Part shown: piece by piece, positions 1 through 10,400 of the stretch
How the letters are laid out: each line of letters starts with the position of its first letter
Position numbering within the stretch: the first letter of the stretch is position 1
Source of the DNA: a virus
Taxonomy: Duplodnaviria > Caudoviricetes
DNA: 61,094 bases
Reading direction: 5' to 3' (one strand)
IMG/VR virus record: IMGVR_UViG_3300020570_000012
Location: 1-61,094 of that record
Notes under the pieces: model-generated
The model's database searches: none
What the model saw: only the letters and a program-made list of their open reading frames with translations
What the model was told of the DNA's origin: nothing
Made by a program: the position numbers and the translations under genes

Positions 1-1038
1 AATAGAAGAAATTCCAACAGCAGTTTGCCCAATACCATTAATGGAAAGTTGTCCAGGTGCAGAAACTGTTACTATTGGTGCTGTCCCATAACCAACACCA
101 CCATCAGTGAGAGTGAACTTGATCACACCTTTATAAGTTGTTTCAATTGAACAAGTTGCTGCCGCTCCAATTCCACCTCCACCAGAAATAGTTATTGTTG
201 GTGGAATTGTATATCCGGCGCCTGCATTTGTTAGATAAAGTTTTTCGACGGAACGAATACCTCCTCGAACTGTTGTTATTGCAACAGCGGTAGCATTATC
301 TCCAATTTGTCCTGTTGGAGAACTACTTATAGTAACTACTGGATTTGAAGTATAACCACTACCATCATTATTTAAGAAAATTTCTTTAATATATCCAGAA
401 TCAACTGTTCCTAAAATTGATGCAGTTGCTGATGCTGTTCTCCCTACACCAATTAATTTTAAAGTAGTAATATACCCTTCTTCTTGAACTTGGGTATCTA
501 TTTCCTCAATAGAAGTATCAATAACTTCATCTTCATATTCAAATAGTTCACATTTTAACTCATAAACATAATTTTTTCCTAACTGGTAAAAAGGTTGTTC
601 GTGCTCTACGAATTTAACTTCAAAAATTCTTTGTCCCAATGGGAAATAAACTAAATCACCTTCTCTTGGTCTGGTACTTAAAATTACTTCACCCTCACCA
701 CTACCGTCATCTAGTGCTCCTAAAAATGGTGCAATAAAGTCCTCAAATCTTTCTTTTGAGATGGTGATTAGTAATTCATCTCTTAAACTCATTCCAAATT
801 TAGTTAAAATATCTCCTGCACCAGAATATCCATCATACGTATTTACATACGCCTCTATTGAAAAATTATCATCAAATCTAGAACTCTGAACTTCCTCAAT
901 TATAGTTTTTCTATTTACAAATTTTCTAGGTATATAAACAACCTCAACACCATACATCCTAAGGTGTTCATTTACTAAATCCTGAACCAATCTTTGTTCA
1001 GAAGAAGTTCCTTGTAGAAAAAAAGGATTAAGTGCCAT
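1..1038 (-). CDS. gp14: Neck protein gp14 (runs off window start)
   Basis: Starts MALNPFFLQGTSSEQRLVQDLVNEHLRMYGVEVVYIPR; contains RPREGDLVYFP and FYQLGKNYVYELKCELFEY; TAATG overlap with gp13 stop. Confidence 0.9.
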   Translation of the reverse strand, partial: MALNPFFLQGTSSEQRLVQDLVNEHLRMYGVEVVYIPRKFVNRKTIIEEVQSSRFDDNFSIEAYVNTYDGYSGAGDILTKFGMSLRDELLITISKERFEDFIAPFLGALDDGSGEGEVILSTRPREGDLVYFPLGQRIFEVKFVEHEQPFYQLGKNYVYELKCELFEYEDEVIDTSIEEIDTQVQEEGYITTLKLIGVGRTASATASILGTVDSGYIKEIFLNNDGSGYTSNPVVTISSSPTGQIGDNATAVAITTVRGGIRSVEKLYLTNAGAGYTIPPTITISGGGGIGAAATCSIETTYKGVIKFTLTDGGVGYGTAPIVTVSAPGQLSINGIGQTAVGISSI

Positions 1039-1874
1039 TATCCAATAAAATCGTATGGTGGAAGTTCATAATCCATAGACATTCTCTTCATAATATCATC
1101 AATTTCTCTTTCAGCATCTTCATACAATTCTCTACCATTAAGTTCAATTCCACCAGGAAGTTTAACTCCCCTAAACTTAATGAGATTTTGACCCCATTGT
1201 CTTTTAATTAGTGCGGTTAGATATCTTTTTAAGAAACTATCATTATATACATTCGTAAACTCATTGGGATTTAAAATTCGATAGCAATCCAAAACAAGAA
1301 AGTTTCCGACAGATTGTGCTCCCCATTCAAGATCTAAGTACAGTCTATTTTGTCTTTTATTAAATCTTAATTGCTTGTCTGTTGTGAGTAGAAAATCAAT
1401 ATCTTCTAGATATGACTTAACCATTGCATATTGGAGAAGTTCAACTGAATTGAAATAGTATAAATCATTTAAAAATAGTTGATATTTAATACTAAACATT
1501 CCACCAGAAATGGAACTAGTATCAAATTTAAATACCTTTTCAATACCAATCACCGAATCTGGAACTTGAATGTAATTCGAAGACTCATACCAATTAAAAG
1601 TAGTTCCAGATGTTGATGTTGCGGTTGTCGTTGTAATTCCAGGACCTCTTGGAGATTTTGATGTTGCTTTACCTCTATTAATATCGTCTTGTGTTATTTG
1701 ATACTTTAAATACATCCTCTCAACACCATCAAAATGGCGCTCATTGAAGTACTGGAGGGCATCATCAACTAAATCATCTATTTGGTCGTCATCAACGTTA
1801 ATTTCCAGCACAGGCGCTCCTAGGCGCCTTAGACAGTAATCAATAAGTTCTTGCCTACTTGCTGGTTTTGCCAT
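1038..1874 (-). CDS. gp13: Neck protein gp13
   Basis: ELIDYCLRRLGAPVLEINV and KRQWGQNLIKFRGVKLPGG are typical T4-like gp13 motifs; adjacent to gp14. Confidence 0.93.
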   Translation of the reverse strand: MAKPASRQELIDYCLRRLGAPVLEINVDDDQIDDLVDDALQYFNERHFDGVERMYLKYQITQDDINRGKATSKSPRGPGITTTTATSTSGTTFNWYESSNYIQVPDSVIGIEKVFKFDTSSISGGMFSIKYQLFLNDLYYFNSVELLQYAMVKSYLEDIDFLLTTDKQLRFNKRQNRLYLDLEWGAQSVGNFLVLDCYRILNPNEFTNVYNDSFLKRYLTALIKRQWGQNLIKFRGVKLPGGIELNGRELYEDAEREIDDIMKRMSMDYELPPYDFIG

Positions 1875-1882
1875 TTTTTTCT

Positions 1883-2095
1883 TTACTCTTCAGATTCTTT
1901 GGATTTCTTCAACTCATCATACTTATTTTGAAGTTCAAGATTTGCTGCCAAAAGTTCATTTTTTTCTTGAGCAAAATCGTCGGATAAAGTTTGAAGTTTT
2001 GCTTCTAACAAAACATTTTGATTTGTTAGTGTTGATAATTTTTGATTATACAAACGCACTAAAACATTAATATCAACTTCACTATCTCTTGTCAT
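1883..2095 (-). CDS. Small coiled-coil hypothetical protein
   Basis: 70 aa with heptad pattern; in operon context. Confidence 0.7.
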   Translation of the reverse strand: MTRDSEVDINVLVRLYNQKLSTLTNQNVLLEAKLQTLSDDFAQEKNELLAANLELQNKYDELKKSKESEE

Positions 2096-2098
2096 AAA

Positions 2099-3778
2099 TC
2101 AAAAAGTTCCCCCGTCAAGAGTTGATGTCCAATGTGGCTTATTAGTATATATGGTTGAAACGGTAGAGGGTGTTATTGAAAGATTTTGAATCGCTCCATT
2201 ATCACCTTCTTTTCTAAGATTATATGTATTTGTAAATGTACCCTCAACACCAATAAGACTTACTGAAACTAATGTTCCACCAGTTTCAACGATACCATAT
2301 GCACCACTAGTATCTTGTTTGATGATATCCCCAGCAGTTACTGAGATTGAAGATGGTAGTGATAAAGTAACTTTTGTGATAGCAGTTAATACCTGCTTAG
2401 ATGTGATTACTGGTGATGCTGGATTATTTGTGGAAGTCTGTAGTCCATCAGAATCAAAATATACAACACCGTGAGTGTTAAAATCACCAGTTTGGTAGTA
2501 AATACCCTTAACATCAAGATATCCTCTTGTCCCAGTTACATTTCCAGGTGATGTAATTGTAGCATCAGGAATATAAGTCCAAGATCTTGCTGTTGCAGCA
2601 CTGCCAACATTCGTGCCATCAATATAACCAAAAAATCCAGTCTTATTATTTGCCGTACCTACACCAGTGTTATAGTCAAAAGCAACACCACGATCAGTAT
2701 TAGTATCAAATGCGTGTGTAATTGTTAATTGTGTAGTTGTACTAATTCCAGCAGTTGTGGTTCCTTGAATTGTAATAATTTTTGTGGTACTATTATATGC
2801 TGTAATAGTCGTTATACCACTATTTGGTAATGAGGCACTACCTTGAATAATATCACCAGTATTGATACCAACTACAGAATCAATAGTAATTGTCGAAACA
2901 CCAGTTGCCACTGGCGACATAACAGTTCTAGTGCTTGTTACGTCACCGATAACAATTATTGGGTCATTAATTGATAAAACAGTCGAATTGACTGAAGTGG
3001 TTGTTCCGTCAACATGCAGATTTCCTTTAATAACAACTGTTCCATCACCACTTAACCCATCAGGATATGGATCAATGTATAGAGTATCACCACTACCAGG
3101 TAATGTTGATATTACATTATTTTCAATTTTAACAGAGTCAAATATTGATGCTCCGCTAATGTTTATCGATCCACCAACATTCAGATTTTTTTCAATTCCA
3201 ACACCACCCTCAACTACAAGAGCACCGGTGTCTTTATTGGTAGATTCAGTTATATCGCCAATATTAATTGCTACGCCATCGGCAAATGCCCAATCAGCAC
3301 CTTCTATTTCAAATCTATTATCAGTCGCTTCATCATATCTAAGCTTTACATCTTTATCATTACCAAAACTTAGATAATTATCATCAACAATATTAACTTC
3401 ACCAGTTCCATTTGGATCTAAAACAATATCACCGTCAGTGTTGGTTGATAAAATAGTATTGCCATCAAGACGTAAGTTATCTACGTTCCACTGATCTACT
3501 TTTCTATTATTATCAAGAACAGCAACTATACCACCATCACTATTTCTTGTATTTGAAACACCAGCAACAGTACCTGGTTGGTGCTCCATCATGGAGGTGT
3601 AATAATATCCACCTACTGGATTTACATTATTACCATCATCACCAACATAAACCCTATCTTTATATTGATTAAGACCGCCGTAACTTCCAATACCTGTTAC
3701 ATATGCTAATTCACCCCAATTTAGACTGGAAGGTTTGTTAGTACCTGAGGATCTTTTGATCCTAATAATACTTGCCAT
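2099..3778 (-). CDS. Virion structural / tail-fibre-like protein
   Basis: MASIIRIKRS...LNWGELA N-terminus, GALVVEGGVGIEKNLNVGG repeat and LDGGTF C-terminus, typical of cyanomyophage fibre-like proteins. Confidence 0.75.
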   Translation of the reverse strand: MASIIRIKRSSGTNKPSSLNWGELAYVTGIGSYGGLNQYKDRVYVGDDGNNVNPVGGYYYTSMMEHQPGTVAGVSNTRNSDGGIVAVLDNNRKVDQWNVDNLRLDGNTILSTNTDGDIVLDPNGTGEVNIVDDNYLSFGNDKDVKLRYDEATDNRFEIEGADWAFADGVAINIGDITESTNKDTGALVVEGGVGIEKNLNVGGSINISGASIFDSVKIENNVISTLPGSGDTLYIDPYPDGLSGDGTVVIKGNLHVDGTTTSVNSTVLSINDPIIVIGDVTSTRTVMSPVATGVSTITIDSVVGINTGDIIQGSASLPNSGITTITAYNSTTKIITIQGTTTAGISTTTQLTITHAFDTNTDRGVAFDYNTGVGTANNKTGFFGYIDGTNVGSAATARSWTYIPDATITSPGNVTGTRGYLDVKGIYYQTGDFNTHGVVYFDSDGLQTSTNNPASPVITSKQVLTAITKVTLSLPSSISVTAGDIIKQDTSGAYGIVETGGTLVSVSLIGVEGTFTNTYNLRKEGDNGAIQNLSITPSTVSTIYTNKPHWTSTLDGGTF

Positions 3779-4006
3779 TTAGAAATTTCCCCCATTGATG
3801 TCTAAATTCTGTGTTGCCCCTGGTGTCAGGGTTAGTGTAGCGTCCCATTTTCTGGTAGCACCATTATAAACAAGAACCATTCCATCAAGTAAATTTGTAG
3901 CATTGACATCACTAAGTTCGGATAAAGACAGACCTTGAGCGCCAGCAAGCGAAGATATAACTTTTACAGCAGGTTGTTGCCCTACTCTGACCTTAATTTC
4001 TGCCAT
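3779..4006 (-). CDS. Small virion-associated hypothetical protein
   Basis: LSELSDVN...GMVLVYNGAT..W motif and INGGNF end; late promoter upstream. Confidence 0.7.
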   Translation of the reverse strand: MAEIKVRVGQQPAVKVISSLAGAQGLSLSELSDVNATNLLDGMVLVYNGATRKWDATLTLTPGATQNLDINGGNF

Positions 4007-4032
4007 TTATAAACAGTTCAGGATCTAAAATA

Positions 4033-4040
4033 TATTTATA
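4033..4040 (-). promoter_or_regulatory. T4-type late promoter TATAAATA
   Basis: tatttata on + strand, just upstream of the 4006 start. Confidence 0.75.
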
Positions 4041-4236
4041 CTTCATCAAATCCAAAAGATTTAAATGAATTGCCAAATGAAGAAACAACTTCTTGTTGCT
4101 TAAAATATAATTTCATATAAGATTTTGCAATATTTCTTAGAGTATCTAAACACTCAATATTATCAATTTCGGAAGCAGCTTTGAAATATTCAAAACTTTT
4201 GCTCAAATTTTCTAAATTAATTTTGTCTGGATCCAT
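4036..4236 (-). CDS. Small helical protein, possibly NblA-like
   Basis: 66 aa two-helix pattern (LENLSKSFEY...IDNIECLDTLRNIAKSYMKLYFKQQEVV) reminiscent of NblA; unverified. Confidence 0.45.
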   Translation of the reverse strand: MDPDKINLENLSKSFEYFKAASEIDNIECLDTLRNIAKSYMKLYFKQQEVVSSFGNSFKSFGFDEV

Positions 4237-4453
4237 TTGTAAGTTCTCTCAATAAAGATTTAATTTCATCAATATCCTTTTTAAGTTGATCTATCTCAGA
4301 TCTTTCTCTTTGTTTTTGTTCTTTCAATCTCATGTATTGTATGTATCCAGATTTATCATTATTAAGGATAGCACCAGTATTACGGTCTCTAAAAAGATTA
4401 TTATGACCTTCAACTGGTACTAAATCCTTGTCAGCATTAGTATTATCAGTCAT
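4217..4453 (-). CDS. Conserved cyanophage hypothetical protein
   Basis: VEGHNNLFRDRNTGAILN motif followed by a coiled coil; probable start at MTDN. Confidence 0.7.
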   Translation of the reverse strand: MTDNTNADKDLVPVEGHNNLFRDRNTGAILNNDKSGYIQYMRLKEQKQRERSEIDQLKKDIDEIKSLLRELTNGSRQN

Positions 4454-4454
4454 A

Positions 4455-7400
4455 TTACGCAAGAGCAATACATCTAAAATCTTTAAGTTTTACGGGAGTT
4501 GATTCATTTGTAGAAGACATAACAATTTTAATAGCAAATCCATTAAATTGTTCAAGATTATTTGCACTAAATTGATATTCCGAGAATGAATTTGGATTAT
4601 TTGGTGCTACAAAAGCGTCTGCTCTTCCACTATTCTTATATTGATCAATTACAAAATCTCCAAATCCATCACCATCGGTGTCAAGTAAGTTATCATAACC
4701 TGGGAATGGTGTGTAACTTTGTGGAACATCACTTGAATCTGCTTTAAACAGACGATAGAAAACTCTAAAATCTGCGCCTTCCTGTCTATTTGCAGCAACA
4801 AGAACTCTTAGACTTGTTGCAGGTTGTGCAAGAGAAATAATCTGAGTAACAAAAACACCACCATGTGGATCTCCATTAATTCTATTTGATCTAGAATCAA
4901 CTACATAATCTCTAATAGGACTATTAGATCTATTTCTACCAAGAACAAAAGTGGCATTTTGAATATCCATTACTGGGGATAGATTTTCATCCTCAGTCTT
5001 AAAGTCAACCTTCAATGATAATGACTTATTGGAAGGTAAAGTTGTCAATCTTGTAATTTCATTAATTCTGGAAGCAACCATTCTAGGTGTAGGATAATGC
5101 ACTACCGTGTTTAATGGGATAGGATCATAACCTTGATCTAAGAATGAAACTTCAGATCCACCAGCACTAGTTCCAGAAATGGTTCTAAGTTGTGCAGATG
5201 CTGTGGTTCCTTTACCTGGTGTAATTATATTAAATTGGGAATCAATAGAACTAAATTGGTGATTTTGAGAAATTCTAACAACATCTCCACCAATAGCTTT
5301 TTGTGTAGCAAAATTAAGCATTGATGCACCACTACTTCTATCTGTTGGTGTAGTCCTGTCAACTTCTAAGAAGAAGTTGTCAAGATTTGAACTTTCAGAA
5401 TTGTAGTAATTTGCTGGTGTATCGTGGAATTTATTGATTCTCATCAAAGAAACTCCACTAACTTCATATGGTTGTATAAATTCATTGGCATTGTGAGAAG
5501 TTTTCACAGTTCTGCCCTGTGCTCTACCATCAATAGTAAGTGTTCCAGCATTACCTGAAACTTGGGTAATGGCACTATAAGATACAACTTCATTATTCAA
5601 TAGGGCATATCCACGACTTGTTGTTATTCCCTCAAATGTGCTAAAGATAGTTGTATTTGCAACCGATACTACTGTATCGTTTAATCCAAATGGAGCAGTT
5701 GTAGTAGTTTTTTCTCTATCGGGAAGAACATCAGTTACGTTAATTTTTCCATTTCCACCATGATTTGCATGATTATACTGCTTGATTCTGAAAACATTTC
5801 CAGAATATTCATTAGAGATGAGAGTTGATGAACCATTTACGGTTGCACCACTAGTTGTTCTAGAAGACTCTGTGTTTGGATTTGCATAGTAAACAATGGA
5901 AGTAGTATTAGTAAAGTTTTCACCCTGAACATTAGTGAGATAAATTGTATCCGTAGTTCCACGTGTTTTAACACCAAACTGAGCTCCACTACCAGATCCA
6001 ACACTACTTGTAGTTACTCCTAAAACTTCACCATTTACATAACCACTGCCATTACTTGTAATACTATATGTTCTAATAGATCCATTAAGGAATTGAATTG
6101 TTGCTTGTGCGCCAGTTCCTTTACCAGTAATGGAATACAAATCAACATTTGTATAGGTTCCCGCAACATATCCAGATCCACCAGCAACTACTGTTGCTAC
6201 TCCTACTGGACCACCAAGATTTTCAACAATACCTGTAATACTTGGGCTTGATCCCTGTCCAATTTTAGTTCCAGGAACAACAGCAGCATTAAGTGTGCCA
6301 GAAATTGGCAATTTCAGTTTTCTTGGTAATGTTTCTATTGGATTGTTTACCAATTTTCCAACGTTTGTACCTCTTGCAGTAATATCAGTATTATAAAATG
6401 TTACTGTGCCAGAAGGTACAAATTTTGCTTTATAAAGTTTGAATGTTAAATCTTGGTATTGGCTTGCGGTCCAGATAGTTCCATTTTGCGATTTAAACAA
6501 GCTACCACCAATGTATTGCTTAGTAACAACAACATTCTGAACATCAGGAAGATTTTGGGTTTTAACTGTCTTTTTACCCATCGTAGCAGTCCACATCTCA
6601 TATGCATCAGATGCTGGGGAGAGGATAACAATTGCATATTCTCTTCCCGCTTCTAAGAATACAGGGGATGGGAAACGAATTCTTGTTGGAACTGGTTCTG
6701 GTATCGTAGGCTTATCATATCTACCCCAATTTGGATCTTTTAGGATATCTTGCATTTTTGGACCAATGGTTCCACTGTACACATTTTCTAAGAAATACCT
6801 AATGTCCGAATCTGAAAATCCTTGTGATTTTGCATAAGGATAATCATTTTCATATCCAAACTGTCCTGGTGTAAATCCACTAGCGGCATCATTAAATCCA
6901 GCCATACTTTTAACACCAAACGATGCTTCGGCAATGTTTATTTGATCTGGATTTAAAGCAATCTGAGTATAATCCTGTACCAAGAATGAAGTTGGAGTTC
7001 CTAATTCAACTGTTCTAAGTTCAATATAAATTTTTGCTGATGGATCTTTCGATGCAAAATACAAGTCAAAAGAAGTTAAGAAAGCTCCTTTTCCATCAAC
7101 AGTAAACGATTGTGCAAGAGGGTCTCTATGAGGAGCCTTTATTTCAACCTGAACTTCAGTTGGTTTTGCTGCTGGTTTGGGTGGATTTCTAACGGAGACC
7201 CTACTAGTTTCTTGTGTTAAAATAGTTCCAGATCCACTATATGATCCTATTGCCTCACTAGCAAATACTGTTGATCCTGGAAGAGGAGTAACTCCTGGTG
7301 GAACGGCAGTAACTTTAACAGTTTTTGTTCCACTGGTGACTTTATATGGTGGTGGAGGACTTGAATTTGGATCTCTGAAGAAGAAGCTAGCAACAATATC

Positions 7401-10400
7401 GCCCCAATTATCCGAAATTAGTTCTGCTCTTGTTATTGTAGCAGTTGCACCACTTGTTTCACCAACAATAGTTGCGCCAGATGCAACATATCCATAATAT
7501 TGTTCTTCCGTAGCTAAAACTCTTACACCAAAATTGATAAGTTTTGATGTTGCTGAATAGGATTCTCCTGGTGCTGGTCTAGTCTTATCATAAGGATCAA
7601 CACTATAATTTTCAACAAGAACTGATGGAGATCCAAGTCCTGCTCCAATATCTGGTCTGGAAGTGTCGCCAAACTTATGATTTGGTTTTTGAATTCTAAT
7701 ATATCCAATTTGTCTTCCACCAAAATAAATACGTGCATTTTCAAAGACCTGGAAAGTTCCAGATTGCATAGAAATTTCACAAAGTTTTGGAACAATATCA
7801 ACCTGTTGACTATCCAAATAATGATAATGCTTTGTGAATGGTCTTAAACCATTGGCATTAAAATAAACGTTTCTAGAACGCATAAATGGATCAACAGTTC
7901 CACTTATCTTAACATCCTCAACATAATTAAATTCTCTAGCAGGTCCAGTTAATTTAGGTGTATATTGTGTAGTAGTTGTAGTAGTTGTTGTTGTTAAAGT
8001 TCTTACACCCTTTTCACCTCTACCACCACCTTTATTATATGTTTCAGTTTCTGTTTTTTTATTAACATCAGTATTAACGCTTGCTTCTTGAACCCATTCT
8101 GCTCCAGTTGATTCTGTTCTTTGATCATCGATATAAATGGTTCTAACCCAATTATCTGATGCAGGATCAAGTACTACGCCACCAACAAAAACAATAACAT
8201 TAAATGGATTTACATTCTCAACATTTGTTGCGTGAGGTTGTTCAATCCAATCAACTTCCGTATATGCTAATGTTAAAAGATCTCCGGTTTTTTGGATATT
8301 TGGATCTAATAGTTTTAAGTTCTGAGTTATATCTGTTTGTGTTCTATCAATACCAGGATCCAATGCCAATTCTGCTGGAATTGACCAAAAATCAACGGGA
8401 ACAATACCAGTAGGATCAGATTTGCTAATGTCAATAGTAGTATATCTTTTATCAGCAAGTGACTTATCCCTAAAACTGGTAACAATAAATCCAGACTTAA
8501 ATCTATTGAGTCCAGTTGCATCTGTTACTTCAAGCGTTTGTGCTTTAAGTTCAAGCATACTTAGACTTGTAACATCTTCTAGATTTTCAATTCTTTGTTC
8601 TAACTTTGCGATATCACGCATTGTAAATCTTCTATTATCCCTTAATAGAATTTTTGGATCTTTTTGGGGGTTATAAAGATATGCGGGATAACTAATTTGA
8701 GCGAGCTCCATCGCATCGTCAGAAAGAATTGGAGAACGAGGATCATCACTAGGTTCACCTTGTACAACTTCAACTTCTCCAAAACGATTGACAGTTACTA
8801 AATCAACTCTTGGTAAGTAGTAACTATATCCGATAAATGAAGTCTCATCTGGTGAAACAATATATCTAAAATTACTTTCATAAGATCTTGAACTGAATGC
8901 AAACGGTGAAGAAGTTGCCGTAGATGGATCAAATTCTTGAACTCTTGGTCTAAAATCAAGAATGTCAGACGCACGAGTTCCATCTGGAACAGTAGGTATA
9001 TCACTTGAATACCTATCTTCCGTATATGAATTTACTGTGAATAAATCTCCACTATTTCCTGGCGCTATCTTATAATAATCAAAAATGATTAATAATTGAC
9101 GAGATGGAATAGCACTTCCAGTCTTTCTTCTTATTTTTGAGTAATCGCAATATTGATTTTTATGTCCTTTATCTAAAATATAATTAGTAGTTCTATCAAT
9201 ATAACTACCAGGAGTTATTTGTTGAATTACTGCATTAATAGAGGATTCTTTAAATGTAACATTCTCACCAACTTCAAAATTATTTTCATTTAAATAAACG
9301 AATTCAATTGTTGACGCAGTTTTATTAACAACTTGTGCAACAGATCTACTATTTTGACCTACTATTTTTTCTCCGGTAATTGCATTTGTATCTAATGCCA
9401 ATCCAGTAGCAAATGTTAACGTATCTAATACAGGCGTCGATGTATTTGTCGATTCGTATACTGCACGAATGTTGACAACATCTGGAACATTCAATGATAC
9501 ATCTTCATCTTCCACCCTAAGACCATAATACTTACTTGTGGTGAGTCCAGAAGCAACTGATCCTGTTTGTGTTGAAATACCACTAGTTCTAGTGACTGAT
9601 ATTTGTCTACTTCTTATGAAGTCTTTTGATTTATTTGTAACCTGTCTCTTATTTAATGTTACAATAACAGTAACATTTGATTGACTTGCTCTCAATCCTG
9701 TAAAGGTTATTGAGGTTCCATTAGATCCCAAACTAAATTTACCAGAATTTAATTCATCTGTTATACCATCACTATAATGGACAGAATATCTCTCAGCATC
9801 AAACGCCTCAAAAAATACGCTTGTAATTCCTGCACTAGAATCTAAAGCGTCTGCTGTAGTGATTGTTAATGATCCTGATCCATTTGTAGATCTTCCGGTA
9901 ATTTGCTTTGTGATTGTAAGTTCGGATTGAGAAAGATCAACAGAAGCAATATTTATTTTTGGAAGATTTGCATATAGACCAGAGGAAACAAGATTTAAGA
10001 TCTTTGGCTCCATCAATGAAAATACAGAATCAGTTGTTGCAGCTGGTAATCCATTATCACAAACTGACGTAACTGCATATCCAGTTGCAGCAAGAGTTAA
10101 TGCAGTTCCGTCAGCAGAAATTGCTGATATTCTATTAAATGTTGGATCTGTATTTCCACTTTCTTGATACCTTATTATTGCCTCAGTTTTAATTCCAGTA
10201 GTTCCAGAGAAAAATCTACCAGGAGATTTTGCTGTACCACCTGTTGTGATATTTAATTTGTCAGTAATTGCAAAATTAGGAGGAGTTCTCTCATATAAAA
10301 CTGTATCTGCAAAGAAATCTGTTTGTATTGCAGTATTCAGTGAATTCGAATCTTGATATACTGATTTAATATCTTCTGTTGTATAAACATTAAGTGCTTG

